Shown: positions 31,406-41,960, counted from the first letter of the stretch. The stretch is DNA of 64,000 nt from an uncultured virus (IMG/VR IMGVR_UViG_3300030333_006991) (IMGVR_UViG_3300030333_006991); one strand, 5' to 3'. The notes: generated by a model not told the origin, from the sequence alone. Translations and numbers: made by a program.

Positions 31406-32131
31406 ATGATAAATACAAGTATGGTGGCTCCGAGCGCAGCAGTAGAAGTATTTGTAGATATTTACGAGCCTGATAAGTGGGCGGATGCGTTAGCCACATC
31501 TTTTACAGATGAAACAAAGGGCATCAAACATAATCTCAAAGGTATGGGCTACGATGGAGATATTCTGATTCGGAAACAAGGAGATGAAGAAGTTACTTGG
31601 GGTATAGAACGGAAAACCTTTACGGACGCTTTGAATTCTTGGATGGGAAAAAGATTGATTCGCCAATTAGTAGACCTTTCCGATAAAGTCACTCACCCTA
31701 TTTTAATCGTTATCGAAGAACCTGAAAAACGCCTATCCTCTTCTCAAAACAACCCTTATCGTAAGTTTGCCAAGCATATTCCCAATTTAGAATCTCATTT
31801 GAATAGGATTTCTTTGGAAATATGTCCTGTGATTAGAGCGAAAGATGAACCTACGGCTCTAAAAGAAGTTAGCAAGTTGATAGAACGGATTGAAAATGAT
31901 AATTACTCCACAATTCGTCTTCACCACCATAAGATTTCCAATCCTGACCCTATTATTGAGTTTCTACAAAGTATACCAAGAGTGGGGGTTCAACGGGCTC
32001 AAAAAATCCGTAAGGCTTTTACTTCCTTTCAGAATCTTTTAGGCGACCCCGACAACAAGTTGAAAGATGTAGTAGGAGGAAAACAAGATTACGAAATAAT
32101 TCGTAACTTCCTTGACGAAACATGGAAATAG
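31406..32131 (+). CDS. XPF/ERCC4 structure-specific nuclease with HhH domain
   Basis: VDIYE, GDILI, IERKT..D and C-terminal LQSIPRVG HhH motif; start may be 31421. Confidence 0.85.
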   Translation: MINTSMVAPSAAVEVFVDIYEPDKWADALATSFTDETKGIKHNLKGMGYDGDILIRKQGDEEVTWGIERKTFTDALNSWMGKRLIRQLVDLSDKVTHPILIVIEEPEKRLSSSQNNPYRKFAKHIPNLESHLNRISLEICPVIRAKDEPTALKEVSKLIERIENDNYSTIRLHHHKISNPDPIIEFLQSIPRVGVQRAQKIRKAFTSFQNLLGDPDNKLKDVVGGKQDYEIIRNFLDETWK

Positions 32132-32173
32132 CAAGAGTAATAAGAAAAGACCTCTACATAGTGTTGTGATAAT

Positions 32174-32446
32174 ATGCCGTCCGAATACAATGGTTTAGAA
32201 GACCGTGTTTACTTCATTGAAGATTATGATGACCTGAATGTGTGGAACATTCAAGAAAAATGGTTAGAAGAGTTGCGAGAAGAATATGACTACTACAAGA
32301 AAACTCCTGTGGATGTGCGAATCTACAACATTTTGGAACAAATCAAAATGATGGTTGATTCAAAAGGTGCATGGGTTATTCATCTTCAAAAGGACTTGAG
32401 CCCCGACAGCGAGGAAGGTAGTGATGATGGGATGGTTGGTTGTTAG
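32174..32446 (+). CDS. Hypothetical protein
   Basis: ORF only. Confidence 0.5.
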   Translation: MPSEYNGLEDRVYFIEDYDDLNVWNIQEKWLEELREEYDYYKKTPVDVRIYNILEQIKMMVDSKGAWVIHLQKDLSPDSEEGSDDGMVGC

Positions 32447-32485
32447 GGCGTAAGGCTTAAAGGGTGTGTGTCCTACCATTACAGT

Positions 32486-33226
32486 ATGTCTGATATTCAA
32501 TCTATGACTTTGGCTTGTGGAATCGCACCTTTGAAGGAAATGGTGGCGAATCTTCGTTTGCTGACGGAAGAGTGCGTGTTTACCATTACAGAAGAAGGCA
32601 TTGAAACTTCAGTTGTAGATTCTTCTCATTCGTGTTTATTGTTTTCACATCTACCTGCGAAAACCTTGACTTCCATTGATATTGAGGGTGAAGTTAAAAT
32701 CGCTGTTAATCTTGAATCTCTTGAGTCAGCCTTGAAACTTGGAGATAAAAGTAGTGTTGTAAAAATGACTTTGGGTGAATACGGTTCCTTCTTGAAATTA
32801 GATGTGGGTGGTGTGAAAAAGTCCATTCGACTTTTAGATATTGCTCTTGTTAAAACACCGCCACTCCCTCAAATTGAATTGGATTTACAGGCTGAGGTTG
32901 GCGGGTCTTCATTCAAAAAGGGTGTAGATGCTGTGAAAACCGTAGGTGAAGCGGCCAAGTTGCATTACGATGGTAGTATTTTTACCTTATCAGCCGATTC
33001 TACTATGGAATCTGTGGAAGCCCCCTTAGAAGTTATCAAATTACAAAAGGGCGGTGACGATGCAGTAGCCACCCTATTTTCCACTCCATTCTTGACTAAG
33101 ATGACGAAGAGTTTATCCAAAGAAGTGAAGATTTCATTCGGAGAGCAAAAACCAATACAGTTAGAATCTAACAAAGGAAATTTACTGTTCAATTGGTTTC
33201 TCGCCCCTCGGATTTCCGACATTTAA
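32486..33226 (+). CDS. pcna: PCNA sliding clamp (archaeal type)
   Basis: ECVFTITEEGI...VDSSH, IRLLD..PPLP, FGEQKPI and C-terminal FLAPRI; ~246 aa. Confidence 0.9.
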   Translation: MSDIQSMTLACGIAPLKEMVANLRLLTEECVFTITEEGIETSVVDSSHSCLLFSHLPAKTLTSIDIEGEVKIAVNLESLESALKLGDKSSVVKMTLGEYGSFLKLDVGGVKKSIRLLDIALVKTPPLPQIELDLQAEVGGSSFKKGVDAVKTVGEAAKLHYDGSIFTLSADSTMESVEAPLEVIKLQKGGDDAVATLFSTPFLTKMTKSLSKEVKISFGEQKPIQLESNKGNLLFNWFLAPRISDI

Positions 33227-33341
33227 TTAGGGGTGAAAGGGACTTGATAAAGGCTTGGTTATCATGTGGAGAGTGGAGTAATATTGAGTGCTTTATTTAG
33301 TAGCACTCACTATGGTAACTAACAACAAAGGAGAGAGAAAA

Positions 33342-35198
33342 ATGAAACAAAAAGAAGTCGTCCTGAATGACGAACAACCACTTGCCTCCGATTTTCACCC
33401 TGAAGGTCTTGGAGAAACGATATTTAACCAACGATATGCTCACCGTGATGGCGAATCATGGGAAACTGCTTGTCGCAGAGTCGCCAACCATGTTGCTCAA
33501 GCCGAAAACGGTTCACGACCTAAATGGGAAGGCCGCTTTTACGAGAAACTCAGCGAATCTTTATTCGTAGCAGGAGGCCGCATTTGGTATGGCTCAGGAA
33601 GGGCGAAGGGGCAACTATTGAATTGTTTTGTTGTGCCGACTGATGACTCAAGAGAAGGATGGGGGCAAACCATCAAAGATATGCTGATTATTTCAGGAAC
33701 AGGTGGAGGTGTGGGAATCAATTGTTCTCCTGTTCGCCCAAGAGGAACCCCTATTAGAGGCACAGGTGGAGAAGCCACAGGTGCAGTATCGCTCATGGAA
33801 ATCATCAATCAGACAGGTGAAGTAATAAAAGCGGGCGGAGGTCGAAGAACCGCACTTATGTTGTGTCTCGACTACAATCATGGAGATATTATGGAATTCC
33901 TTGATGCTAAATTGGATTTGGGAAGGTTGAACAACGCTAATGTTTCAGTCCTTGTAGACCAAGATTTCTTCGATGCCGTAGAAAATAATGAAGACATCAC
34001 TTTGAAATTCCGTGGTCAAGCAATATCAGAAGGAAAGGTGGAAGTGGATGAGAAGGGCGAGCCTATTGGTGCGGTGGAAACACGCACCGTTTCTGCTCGT
34101 ATGCTATGGGATAGAATTATTGAAAATAGTTACAACTCAGCCGAACCAGGTATTTTGAATGTAGGTTTAGCCAATAAGATGAATAACATCCATTACTACA
34201 AGCCTTTGATTTCTACCAATCCTTGTGGAGAGATTTGGCTTGAAGAATATGGTTGCTGTTGCTTAGGAGCCATCAATTTGAGCCGTCATATCACGGATGG
34301 TAAATTGGATTGGGACTTGCTTTCCGATAGTGTGACCGTAGGTGTTAGATTCCTTGATAATGTGTTGGATGTAAACCAATACCCTCTAAAAGAAATTGAA
34401 GAAAATTGCCGCAGAGTTAGAAGAATCGGTTTAGGAGTTATGGGGCTCGGCCACGCTCTTGTGAAGATGGGAGTAAAATACGGCTCGGATGAAGGGAATG
34501 AAGTAGTGGAGAAAATAATGAAATTCATCAAAGAGCGAGCGTATGAAGCGTCTATTTTCCTTGCGGTGGAACGAGGGTCTTTTGAGGCTTACGATGAACA
34601 GTTTCTACAATCAGGATTCGTAAAAACTCTGCCTCGGAGAATCAAAGGCTACCTAAAAGAACACGGAATTAGAAATTGTGCAATTTTGACTATCGCTCCA
34701 ACAGGAACAACCTCGATTATGGCAGGAACATCATCAGGAATTGAACCTGTCTTTGCAGCAGGTTATGTTCGCAGATATTACGATTCTGACCCGACTTCCA
34801 ATAAAAGAGTGCTAAAGAAAGAAGTGGTTATTGACCCTCTCTTCCAACAGTTGTATGAAGAAGGAGCCGATATGTCGGCCTTTGTTTCAAGTCGAGATTT
34901 AACTGTTGAAGACCACATGAAGGTTCAGGCGATTTGCCAAAAACATATTGATAATTCCATCTCAAAAACTATCAATATTCCTGCTGATTATCCAATAGAC
35001 GATTATGGAAATCTGATGTTGAAGTATGGACCTCTTCTAAAAGGGCTCACAGTTTACAGGTCAGGCTCAAGAGGCGATGAACCGTTGAGTCCAATCACAG
35101 TAGAAGAAGCAATTAAGCATCTGAATAAGAATGGTGTGAAAATTGGAGCCGCTCAAAGTGATTGTCCGAGTGGTGTTTGTTCCATTTCAGACGCTTGA
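33342..35198 (+). CDS. nrdJ: Adenosylcobalamin-dependent (class II) ribonucleotide reductase
   Basis: LLNCFV, GGGRRTA, TNPCGE, CCLGAINL, TIAPTGT, SGIEP, SISKTIN and C-terminal CPSGVC. Confidence 0.92.
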   Translation: MKQKEVVLNDEQPLASDFHPEGLGETIFNQRYAHRDGESWETACRRVANHVAQAENGSRPKWEGRFYEKLSESLFVAGGRIWYGSGRAKGQLLNCFVVPTDDSREGWGQTIKDMLIISGTGGGVGINCSPVRPRGTPIRGTGGEATGAVSLMEIINQTGEVIKAGGGRRTALMLCLDYNHGDIMEFLDAKLDLGRLNNANVSVLVDQDFFDAVENNEDITLKFRGQAISEGKVEVDEKGEPIGAVETRTVSARMLWDRIIENSYNSAEPGILNVGLANKMNNIHYYKPLISTNPCGEIWLEEYGCCCLGAINLSRHITDGKLDWDLLSDSVTVGVRFLDNVLDVNQYPLKEIEENCRRVRRIGLGVMGLGHALVKMGVKYGSDEGNEVVEKIMKFIKERAYEASIFLAVERGSFEAYDEQFLQSGFVKTLPRRIKGYLKEHGIRNCAILTIAPTGTTSIMAGTSSGIEPVFAAGYVRRYYDSDPTSNKRVLKKEVVIDPLFQQLYEEGADMSAFVSSRDLTVEDHMKVQAICQKHIDNSISKTINIPADYPIDDYGNLMLKYGPLLKGLTVYRSGSRGDEPLSPITVEEAIKHLNKNGVKIGAAQSDCPSGVCSISDA

Positions 35199-35228
35199 CT
35201 TAAAATAGTTGCTACGCTACTTGAAATT

Positions 35229-36866
35229 ATGACTTGGCATCCTATTCATATCAAAATGGATGTGATTGCACCTATTGAGTTGCATCCTCCAAATCAAGAC
35301 AGTTTCACGACACGGAATTGGGATAGGCCGATAGTGACGCCACACCCCACAGAGTTTCAAGTAGCAGGACTTGATATGGTGGAATGGGTAAAAAAGATTT
35401 ACACCACTTCACCCAACGGGTTCGCTGCACGATTCCGATATATGATGAAGGACCGTTATAGTGAGGCACACGGGTTGAAAGGTCTTGCTATGAATTGGAA
35501 GTGGGAAACTTCTTCCTCCAAAGACACCGTAAGAAGTCGTATGCACTATGTTGATGCCGACCCTGATGATGAAGATAATACCGATGTGGTGGGTTATCTT
35601 GTTCCCGAAAAATTATGGGAGTGGGATGGACAATCTTATCACTTCGATGGTAAACACCCTTTGACTGAGATAAAGTCAGAAGGAGAATTATCAGATGAAG
35701 AGTGGGAATCGTGGGTTAGTTTTGACGCCCTCATGCAGGTTCAAGAGTTATGGAAAATGCAAGAAAACCTGCACAAGAGCGTTCCTGAGGCTCACATTAT
35801 TGGATATTACAATCCTTTACTTCTTGATATTGCCAAGCGTTTTCCTGAAATAGGGATGCCGCTTTCTGAATGGCATATCAGCAAAAACAAGATAGGAGAT
35901 AAATACCACCCACAATTATCAGCAAACGAGGAAGTCAATAGAAAAAACATGGCTCTCCTTTTCCATAAAATTGTGTCGGCACTTGAAAGACGCAAACCTT
36001 TCATCATAGTGGATGTATCAATTGATGGATTGAGAGTTGCTAACGAGCAAATTGACCATAGAGATTATGATGGTAATTGGGAATCATCGGAAGTAGTAGG
36101 AAGACGGATTAAATTATGGAATAAATATGATGGAAATTACTTCGGTTTGAAAATGTATAGGAAAAGTTTTGGCCCGCACATGACTTTAGATTCATTAGAA
36201 AATAAAGATGGCTATGCTATCAACCCGCTCAAGACAGGTTATGTGAATCACACCGCCATATATTTTCCTATTTACACTGTTACCGAAGAGGGTGAACCTT
36301 GTATTTACATTTCCGCAATAAGCCGAGATGAGAAAGGACGACTCGTAGACCAATTGGCTTGGGGTCCATATTTCCCTAAAAGAATGGCAGCGAGTATTGA
36401 AGTAGATGCTGCTGCTCAACAGATGGTTGAAATGGGAGCGTCTATGGCCGTAGGAAGTAATGAGGCTCCTGAATACATGGTTGATGCTTTGAAAGCCGCA
36501 GGATTAACGACAGGAGAAGATTGGCGGGATGAAGTAAAGCAAGATTACGAAGAAAGTATCGAATATATTGTAAAAGAGGTGTTCTTTCCTGATGTATGGT
36601 CAGGATATGATGTGAAGCAATTGAATATCAGAGCCATGATGCTAAGACAACAAATGGAGAACAAAAAAGTAGATAGCAGCAAACTAAAAGAAATGTATGA
36701 CCAACAAACTTTCAAAAAATACAAGTTTCCGAGTGAAGAACCCTTGATGGAAACCCCTGCCGAGGAATTAGGATTTGAGATGTTCGATAGAAATGGAGTA
36801 AGTTACCAAATGGGTATTTTCGGGCGGCCTGAAATGGGACTTTTGAATTGGGATTTCCGTTTTTGA
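35229..36866 (+). CDS. Hypothetical protein, C-terminal GLLNWDF
   Basis: Ends EMGLLNWDFRF*. Confidence 0.75.
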   Translation: MTWHPIHIKMDVIAPIELHPPNQDSFTTRNWDRPIVTPHPTEFQVAGLDMVEWVKKIYTTSPNGFAARFRYMMKDRYSEAHGLKGLAMNWKWETSSSKDTVRSRMHYVDADPDDEDNTDVVGYLVPEKLWEWDGQSYHFDGKHPLTEIKSEGELSDEEWESWVSFDALMQVQELWKMQENLHKSVPEAHIIGYYNPLLLDIAKRFPEIGMPLSEWHISKNKIGDKYHPQLSANEEVNRKNMALLFHKIVSALERRKPFIIVDVSIDGLRVANEQIDHRDYDGNWESSEVVGRRIKLWNKYDGNYFGLKMYRKSFGPHMTLDSLENKDGYAINPLKTGYVNHTAIYFPIYTVTEEGEPCIYISAISRDEKGRLVDQLAWGPYFPKRMAASIEVDAAAQQMVEMGASMAVGSNEAPEYMVDALKAAGLTTGEDWRDEVKQDYEESIEYIVKEVFFPDVWSGYDVKQLNIRAMMLRQQMENKKVDSSKLKEMYDQQTFKKYKFPSEEPLMETPAEELGFEMFDRNGVSYQMGIFGRPEMGLLNWDFRF

Positions 36867-36875
36867 GGTGATTCG

Positions 36876-37901
36876 ATGGTTGTTAAATCTGCTACTAAAA
36901 AGAAACTCATGGATTTGGGTGTGTATGAGTATCACGCTCATCTTTTAGCCGATGACCGTAAGTGGGACGATGTAAAGAAATTATCTATCTTGGATATTGG
37001 AACAATTATCTTTGGCGATATGGATGTGGCTTCTGCCAATGCAGATGATTGGCTATCCAAAGGAGAGAAGATATTCTATCTCATACATCCGTATAGACGA
37101 CCTATTCCTAATCCTCCACCTACAAGAAAGAAATTAGGTATATTGAATTGGTGGTGGGGAGAAGGTAACGAATCGAGTTTACTTGATAGAGGGGTCGAGG
37201 ACATCTTTTACACGCTTCTTACTGATAGTGTGGGAAGGGCGTCAATAGATGTGGATGACGATGTAGAACCTCCTAATGATTCATCAATGGATTTGTGGTT
37301 CAGAGAAAATATTAGGGAAGACACTATTCTCTTCTACATGGAAAACAGGTTCAGTAGTTTAGCCGAGGAGCGGCACTTTGTTAAAAGGAAGGAAGGAATC
37401 AATGACCATGTTCGCCACAAGAAATTGCATGACTCAATAGCAGAGAAAATTGGAAACGATGGGTGGAGTGAGAGCATTTATTCGTTACTCGCCCTGATAA
37501 TCTTGGAGTGGGATTCTCTTGATTTGAGCAAACCGTTTATGCTTATCCCAAGTGAGGAGGTTATGAAGTGGCTTGTAAATTCTTTTGTAGAGGGCTTGAA
37601 TAAGGAGGTCGAAGGTTGGGAAGCGAAGATAAAATACGAGATGTTCTCAACTGAGCAGCCCATAGGTGATTTCATCAACCCTGAGGTGATTAAACCTGAG
37701 AATTATGAAACTCCTTCATACAAGGTCGTAGGAATAAGAACGACAGATGGTAAAAAGAAGCAAAATCTGTTAGTTTCATTCAATAATTTGTCTTCTGAAG
37801 GTTATTATTGTGTTTCCCCTTTGATGAATGCGTGGGCTGCACACTATTGCTCTCAAAGATGGCCTGACTTGTGGAAGCAATTCTTACATTTGGAGGGATA
37901 G
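36876..37901 (+). CDS. Chimeric protein: N-terminal host-like segment, Pro linker, internal GILNWWW, unknown domain
   Basis: MVVKSATKKKLMDLGV..HLLADDRKWDDVK; PIPNPPPT; LGILNWWWGE. Confidence 0.7.
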   Translation: MVVKSATKKKLMDLGVYEYHAHLLADDRKWDDVKKLSILDIGTIIFGDMDVASANADDWLSKGEKIFYLIHPYRRPIPNPPPTRKKLGILNWWWGEGNESSLLDRGVEDIFYTLLTDSVGRASIDVDDDVEPPNDSSMDLWFRENIREDTILFYMENRFSSLAEERHFVKRKEGINDHVRHKKLHDSIAEKIGNDGWSESIYSLLALIILEWDSLDLSKPFMLIPSEEVMKWLVNSFVEGLNKEVEGWEAKIKYEMFSTEQPIGDFINPEVIKPENYETPSYKVVGIRTTDGKKKQNLLVSFNNLSSEGYYCVSPLMNAWAAHYCSQRWPDLWKQFLHLEG

Positions 37902-38809
37902 TGTTGAGAGAAAACTGTAAAAAAGAGAGGACTCCTAAAGCAACCTTTGTTTGGGAATGTGAATCTGAAGTAGAGCAAGGAGGCTCTATGGGGCTTTTGA
38001 ATTGGGATTGGGATAATTCAATTCCCATTACGCAATATGAAGGCGGGATTTTGGCTGCTTACGAGGATGATAATTGTTGTAGTAATTCTATGGGAATGGT
38101 CTTAGAAGAGGCGGTAACAGAGTTGTATAATTTTCACTATGAACAACAAGGAGATTCTCATGCACCTTTTCCTTCGTGGTTCCCCAAAGAATACCTTCCT
38201 GTTATGGTGGATTTAGAAAGGTTTGAAAGAGCGTTCAAAGAGAAGGAGAGAATTCCATCACTATCCGACTATCACCCACACCGAGAGTTGTTTCCTGTAT
38301 GGGATTCAGAAGACAAATATTTGGATTGGGTAATCATACCCTCGCTCCCATACGATACGGAGCCCTATCCTTTAATGATGGAAACTTTGGAGGGATTAGG
38401 TGAGTTGGGACGGAGGAATCGAGAAAATTTCCTTCGGCACTTTGATTTTACGGATGATATGCTTAACATGGAAGGAGCGGTTGGTGGAATAGTGCTTCAT
38501 GTGGAAGTCACACCCACCAAAACGAGTTACAACGATTTCCCTCAAGATGATGGTTTTTTTACTGTGGCTCCCTCACGGTTCCAGCGTGTCGAGCCTGTAA
38601 TCAGAGTGATTTTCCTTGATGAAAACCGTGAACGGGTAGAGAATGAAGAAATAGTATGGATGGCTCCGTATTTTTCTTATTACAAGGTCGAAAAGCGACA
38701 ATGGTGGCTCCCTGTTTTAGTCAAGATGTTCGCTCCTTCTTTGGGAGCATACAAAAGATGGGCCTTCAAACATCTCCCTTATGTTTTGGAAGAAGGATAT
38801 TCCGTCTAA
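37901..38809 (+). CDS. Hypothetical protein, N-terminal GLLNWDW
   Basis: GTG 37901 or ATG 37988, both with GGAGG; the latter gives MGLLNWDW. Confidence 0.7.
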   Translation: MLRENCKKERTPKATFVWECESEVEQGGSMGLLNWDWDNSIPITQYEGGILAAYEDDNCCSNSMGMVLEEAVTELYNFHYEQQGDSHAPFPSWFPKEYLPVMVDLERFERAFKEKERIPSLSDYHPHRELFPVWDSEDKYLDWVIIPSLPYDTEPYPLMMETLEGLGELGRRNRENFLRHFDFTDDMLNMEGAVGGIVLHVEVTPTKTSYNDFPQDDGFFTVAPSRFQRVEPVIRVIFLDENRERVENEEIVWMAPYFSYYKVEKRQWWLPVLVKMFAPSLGAYKRWAFKHLPYVLEEGYSV

Positions 38810-38871
38810 CCACGAATCCATAGGAAGCAAACCTTTTTACCTTATGTGAGACAAGTTAAGATTGGTCGCCT

Positions 38872-39061
38872 GACGGGGCGGCTCTGAGGTGGCTGAATGA
38901 ATTCCCGCAAGAGAATTAAGGCGACACAGATGAGTTGTAGTGACTCCACCAACGGCCAAGTGGCTGAGGTGCGGCTTAACAGTCGAGATGTGGGCAGTTG
39001 TCGGATGCACAAGGTATCTTGTCGGCAACTTGATGGTGAACCCTATTCCATCCCTCGTCCA
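38872..39061 (+). ncRNA. Putative structured non-coding RNA (~190 nt) with tRNA-like terminal domain
   Basis: GC-richer intergenic region; closing stem GACGGGG/CCTCGTC; internal stems AGTTGTCG/CGGCAACT, GATGC/GTATC, GAGTT/GACTC, GATGG/CCATC, AATTC/GAATT; TTTTTA box near 38834. Confidence 0.6.
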
Positions 39062-39152
39062 TTCTATTCTTTGCAGATTACTGCAATAACCAACGCTGCA
39101 AAAATGCCCTATTATGGAGAATTTATCGGTGAATAAGTTAAACCGCTTTCTT

Positions 39153-39227
39153 GGGTGTATGGTGTAACGGATAGCATTTTGGCCTTCTAAGCCGAAGATA
39201 GGGGTTCGATTCCTCTTACGCCCGCCA
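39153..39227 (+). tRNA. tRNA-Arg (anticodon TCT), intronless, encoded CCA
   Basis: Acceptor GGGTGTA/TACGCCC, anticodon arm TTGGC-CTTCTAA-GCCGA, GGTTCGATTCC T arm, GCCA end. Confidence 0.95.
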
Positions 39228-39229
39228 AC

Positions 39230-39239
39230 TTCTTATAGT
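39230..39239 (+). promoter_or_regulatory. TTCTTATAGT promoter motif
   Basis: 38 nt upstream of ATG 39268. Confidence 0.7.
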
Positions 39240-39267
39240 TAATCCAACACATAGTAGTGGTTTTACC

Positions 39268-40497
39268 ATGTTGTGGGAACATCCTTTGCTTGCTGAATCT
39301 TTGCGGAAAAGTTTCCGTAGCAGCGTAGTAGCCGAAAGAAGCCTTGATGATTCTCTTTTACAAACGCTAAATCGAAGTGCATACTTACGAGATTTTGCTT
39401 TCACAGACGATACAATCACAGAAGCAGGACATACGACTTATCTCAATGCCCGTAATACTCTTTCAGCCACTCGCAACTATGAGGATAGGGGATATAATCT
39501 GACGCAAAGGAAGTTTGCAGAAAATCCTCCTGATTTGATGCAACCTCATACCTTTTCGTGGGATGTGGATTGTTGGGTTGGCACAGGGGCTTCTGAAGGA
39601 AATTGGTTCAGCGTTCAATATTGGAGGGTTGATAGTTGGTGGAACATTGGTGCAAACGCACCCATTGGGAGAGTGTGGGAAGGCAACAGTTATGATGGCA
39701 ACCCTACTTACGATAAATTAACTGAGTGGGATAAATGGATTTACGATGACCACCATGAGTGTTGTGATGAGTCGGAATTATCTTGTCTCGGTTTTGATAT
39801 TCGTAATCATGTGAGAGTCCGATACCGTGCCAAGATTACTCCTGACCCTTTATCTTCCACATATTATGAACCTACAACAGGAGCGAATATGGGAGAAATT
39901 TACGGGTCTGATTCCACAAGTGCAGGTATTATTCCTCATCAACTCGTAATAGAAGCAGATGTGGCTACCACAAGAGGAGATTTAGGTTGGTTCGGTTTAG
40001 GTGAAGAAGGTTACACTGATGAGATGATAGCCGATTTTGGCATCATCATCAAGAATCTCACCACAGGAGAAGACACTTATCTTGATTTATCTATTGTTGG
40101 AGGTTCCTCGTCAGGTTCTTTGACTTACGCTCTACCTTCCTCAGGATTATACTATGTATTCGTTTATCTGAAAAATGCAGGTCCTTCTGCTATTACAGTT
40201 TCCACACCACTAAGAGATTTTTTGAAAAGGAAAGGAGTTAGTAGCGGTCACACTATCAAAGCCTCTCATCCGATGCGAATGATGTTGTATGTTTCTCCTA
40301 CACCCACTCAAGAAGAGTTTACTTTTGTGCCTGTTACCGATACCATTCCTGAAGAGAGTATGGAACAATCAGAAGAAGAGTATATCCTAATAAATGATGA
40401 GGAAGAAAACGGCCAAGATAAAGAAGACAATAAGTGGGTGGCTTATGTGGTCGGAGGTCTTATCATTGGGTCATTGGTTATGTTGGGGGGCTCATAA
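39268..40497 (+). CDS. Hypothetical protein with acidic linker and C-terminal TM anchor
   Basis: Ends KWVAYVVGGLIIGSLVMLGGS*; no N-terminal signal peptide. Confidence 0.75.
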   Translation: MLWEHPLLAESLRKSFRSSVVAERSLDDSLLQTLNRSAYLRDFAFTDDTITEAGHTTYLNARNTLSATRNYEDRGYNLTQRKFAENPPDLMQPHTFSWDVDCWVGTGASEGNWFSVQYWRVDSWWNIGANAPIGRVWEGNSYDGNPTYDKLTEWDKWIYDDHHECCDESELSCLGFDIRNHVRVRYRAKITPDPLSSTYYEPTTGANMGEIYGSDSTSAGIIPHQLVIEADVATTRGDLGWFGLGEEGYTDEMIADFGIIIKNLTTGEDTYLDLSIVGGSSSGSLTYALPSSGLYYVFVYLKNAGPSAITVSTPLRDFLKRKGVSSGHTIKASHPMRMMLYVSPTPTQEEFTFVPVTDTIPEESMEQSEEEYILINDEEENGQDKEDNKWVAYVVGGLIIGSLVMLGGS

Positions 40498-41960
40498 TGG
40501 ATTATTTCGATATTTTCAATACTATATCTTCCAACTCCTTGAAAAAGGAGGAATACAAAGCAGATGAGAGTCCTACACCGACCTACACGAAAACAAGCGA
40601 CAATCATATCTACGCCCAATCCTCCTATAATGCGGCAGGGTTCGCTTGTAATGTAGCCTTGATGACGGAAATCACTATTGAGAATCCTGAACACGCTAAA
40701 ATGAGTCGTATTGAACAAACTACTATTGGTGATGGAACGCAATCGTGGACTTTATGGGTTCCCGTAGGCACACGACTTACTTTACGAGCATACCCGATGG
40801 ATGATGGAGCCGAACAAGGCGGATTTTTGGACTCGGCTTCTAAATGGGTTAGAGATTCATTCCCTGCCAATATGCACTTGGCTGACGAACCTAATTCCAC
40901 TAATTCAGGTATGGGTGGAGTAGATTTACACCGATACTATTATGACCGAGACAAGTTGATTCTTTTATCCGTAGCCGCAGCAAAAGAAGACCGCCCCGAT
41001 TTATTTGAACCTCCAAATTGGGATGAATTAGACATATCTAATGAATCAGATTGGGATAAAGTCATAGAAAAAATGCAAGCCGCTACCGCATTAGCAGTAG
41101 AGAAATTACCTGCCATCGCACAGAATAATTTTGAAACACTTCAAACCGTGGAATACACTTCTAAATTATACACTCCTTATGGACACCCTGTTCGGGGAGA
41201 TATTGAAAAGTTTGACCGAGCAGGAACACATTTGCTCAGTTTCCGTTATGGATATGATTGGGCGGGGGAAACCGAAAACATGGTATGGGGGTTGGATGCT
41301 CCGTGGTATTGGTATACAGTAAGAATTGCTATTGAGATTCCGTTAATGATTTTTGGAGGTAAAATAGGACACGCTCTGTTCCGAAAAACCTTTGCTAAAA
41401 ATCTCGCTAAAAATATTAGTCAAAAAGAATTACGAGAACAATTAGTGAAACAATGGGGGAAAATGAGATATTATTTCACCGCAGGAACCTTTTCTGCCGC
41501 CTTTATGACGACTGAAATGGCAGGGTGGATTGCTCCTATGATTACTCCAATGTTCACAGGAGCAACAGATAGTAGAAACTCTTGTAGATTCCCTCTCGCA
41601 GGACTTCAACATCATTACACGGTTCAAGTTTACGACCCTACTAAGACGGACGCCTACGGTAAGGTAGTTTGTGCAGAAGGCTCTTATCGGCCTCTTGAAC
41701 AGATTTACCCTCCTAAATTAAGTGAAACTATCCCTTGCTGTCCTGATGGAACCGTTTACGATAGTAGCAAAGATGAGTGTCTAAATGAGGACGGAGAATC
41801 AGAATGGGAATGGAATACATGGATAGAAGGTTTAGAAGGTAAAGGAAACAACTTATTGAATCACCTTGATGATGATATTAACGAAGATAACGCTCAAGAA
41901 ATGTGGACTTATTTCCTTGTAAGCCTTATCGGTGTGGGTATTTTAGGTAGTATTCTTTAG
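40497..41960 (+). CDS. Hypothetical protein with Cys-rich module and C-terminal TM anchor
   Basis: TAATG coupling; CCPDGTVYD..KDEC; ends WTYFLVSLIGVGILGSIL*. Confidence 0.75.
   Translation: MDYFDIFNTISSNSLKKEEYKADESPTPTYTKTSDNHIYAQSSYNAAGFACNVALMTEITIENPEHAKMSRIEQTTIGDGTQSWTLWVPVGTRLTLRAYPMDDGAEQGGFLDSASKWVRDSFPANMHLADEPNSTNSGMGGVDLHRYYYDRDKLILLSVAAAKEDRPDLFEPPNWDELDISNESDWDKVIEKMQAATALAVEKLPAIAQNNFETLQTVEYTSKLYTPYGHPVRGDIEKFDRAGTHLLSFRYGYDWAGETENMVWGLDAPWYWYTVRIAIEIPLMIFGGKIGHALFRKTFAKNLAKNISQKELREQLVKQWGKMRYYFTAGTFSAAFMTTEMAGWIAPMITPMFTGATDSRNSCRFPLAGLQHHYTVQVYDPTKTDAYGKVVCAEGSYRPLEQIYPPKLSETIPCCPDGTVYDSSKDECLNEDGESEWEWNTWIEGLEGKGNNLLNHLDDDINEDNAQEMWTYFLVSLIGVGILGSIL

Noticed and set aside
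33175..33215. LLFNW near the PCNA C-terminus as a tag copy
   Set aside because: Spacing differs and it lies in the conserved strand before LAPR
38897..39136. 79-aa ORF upstream of the tRNA
   Set aside because: No clear RBS or protein features; extensive base pairing favours an RNA
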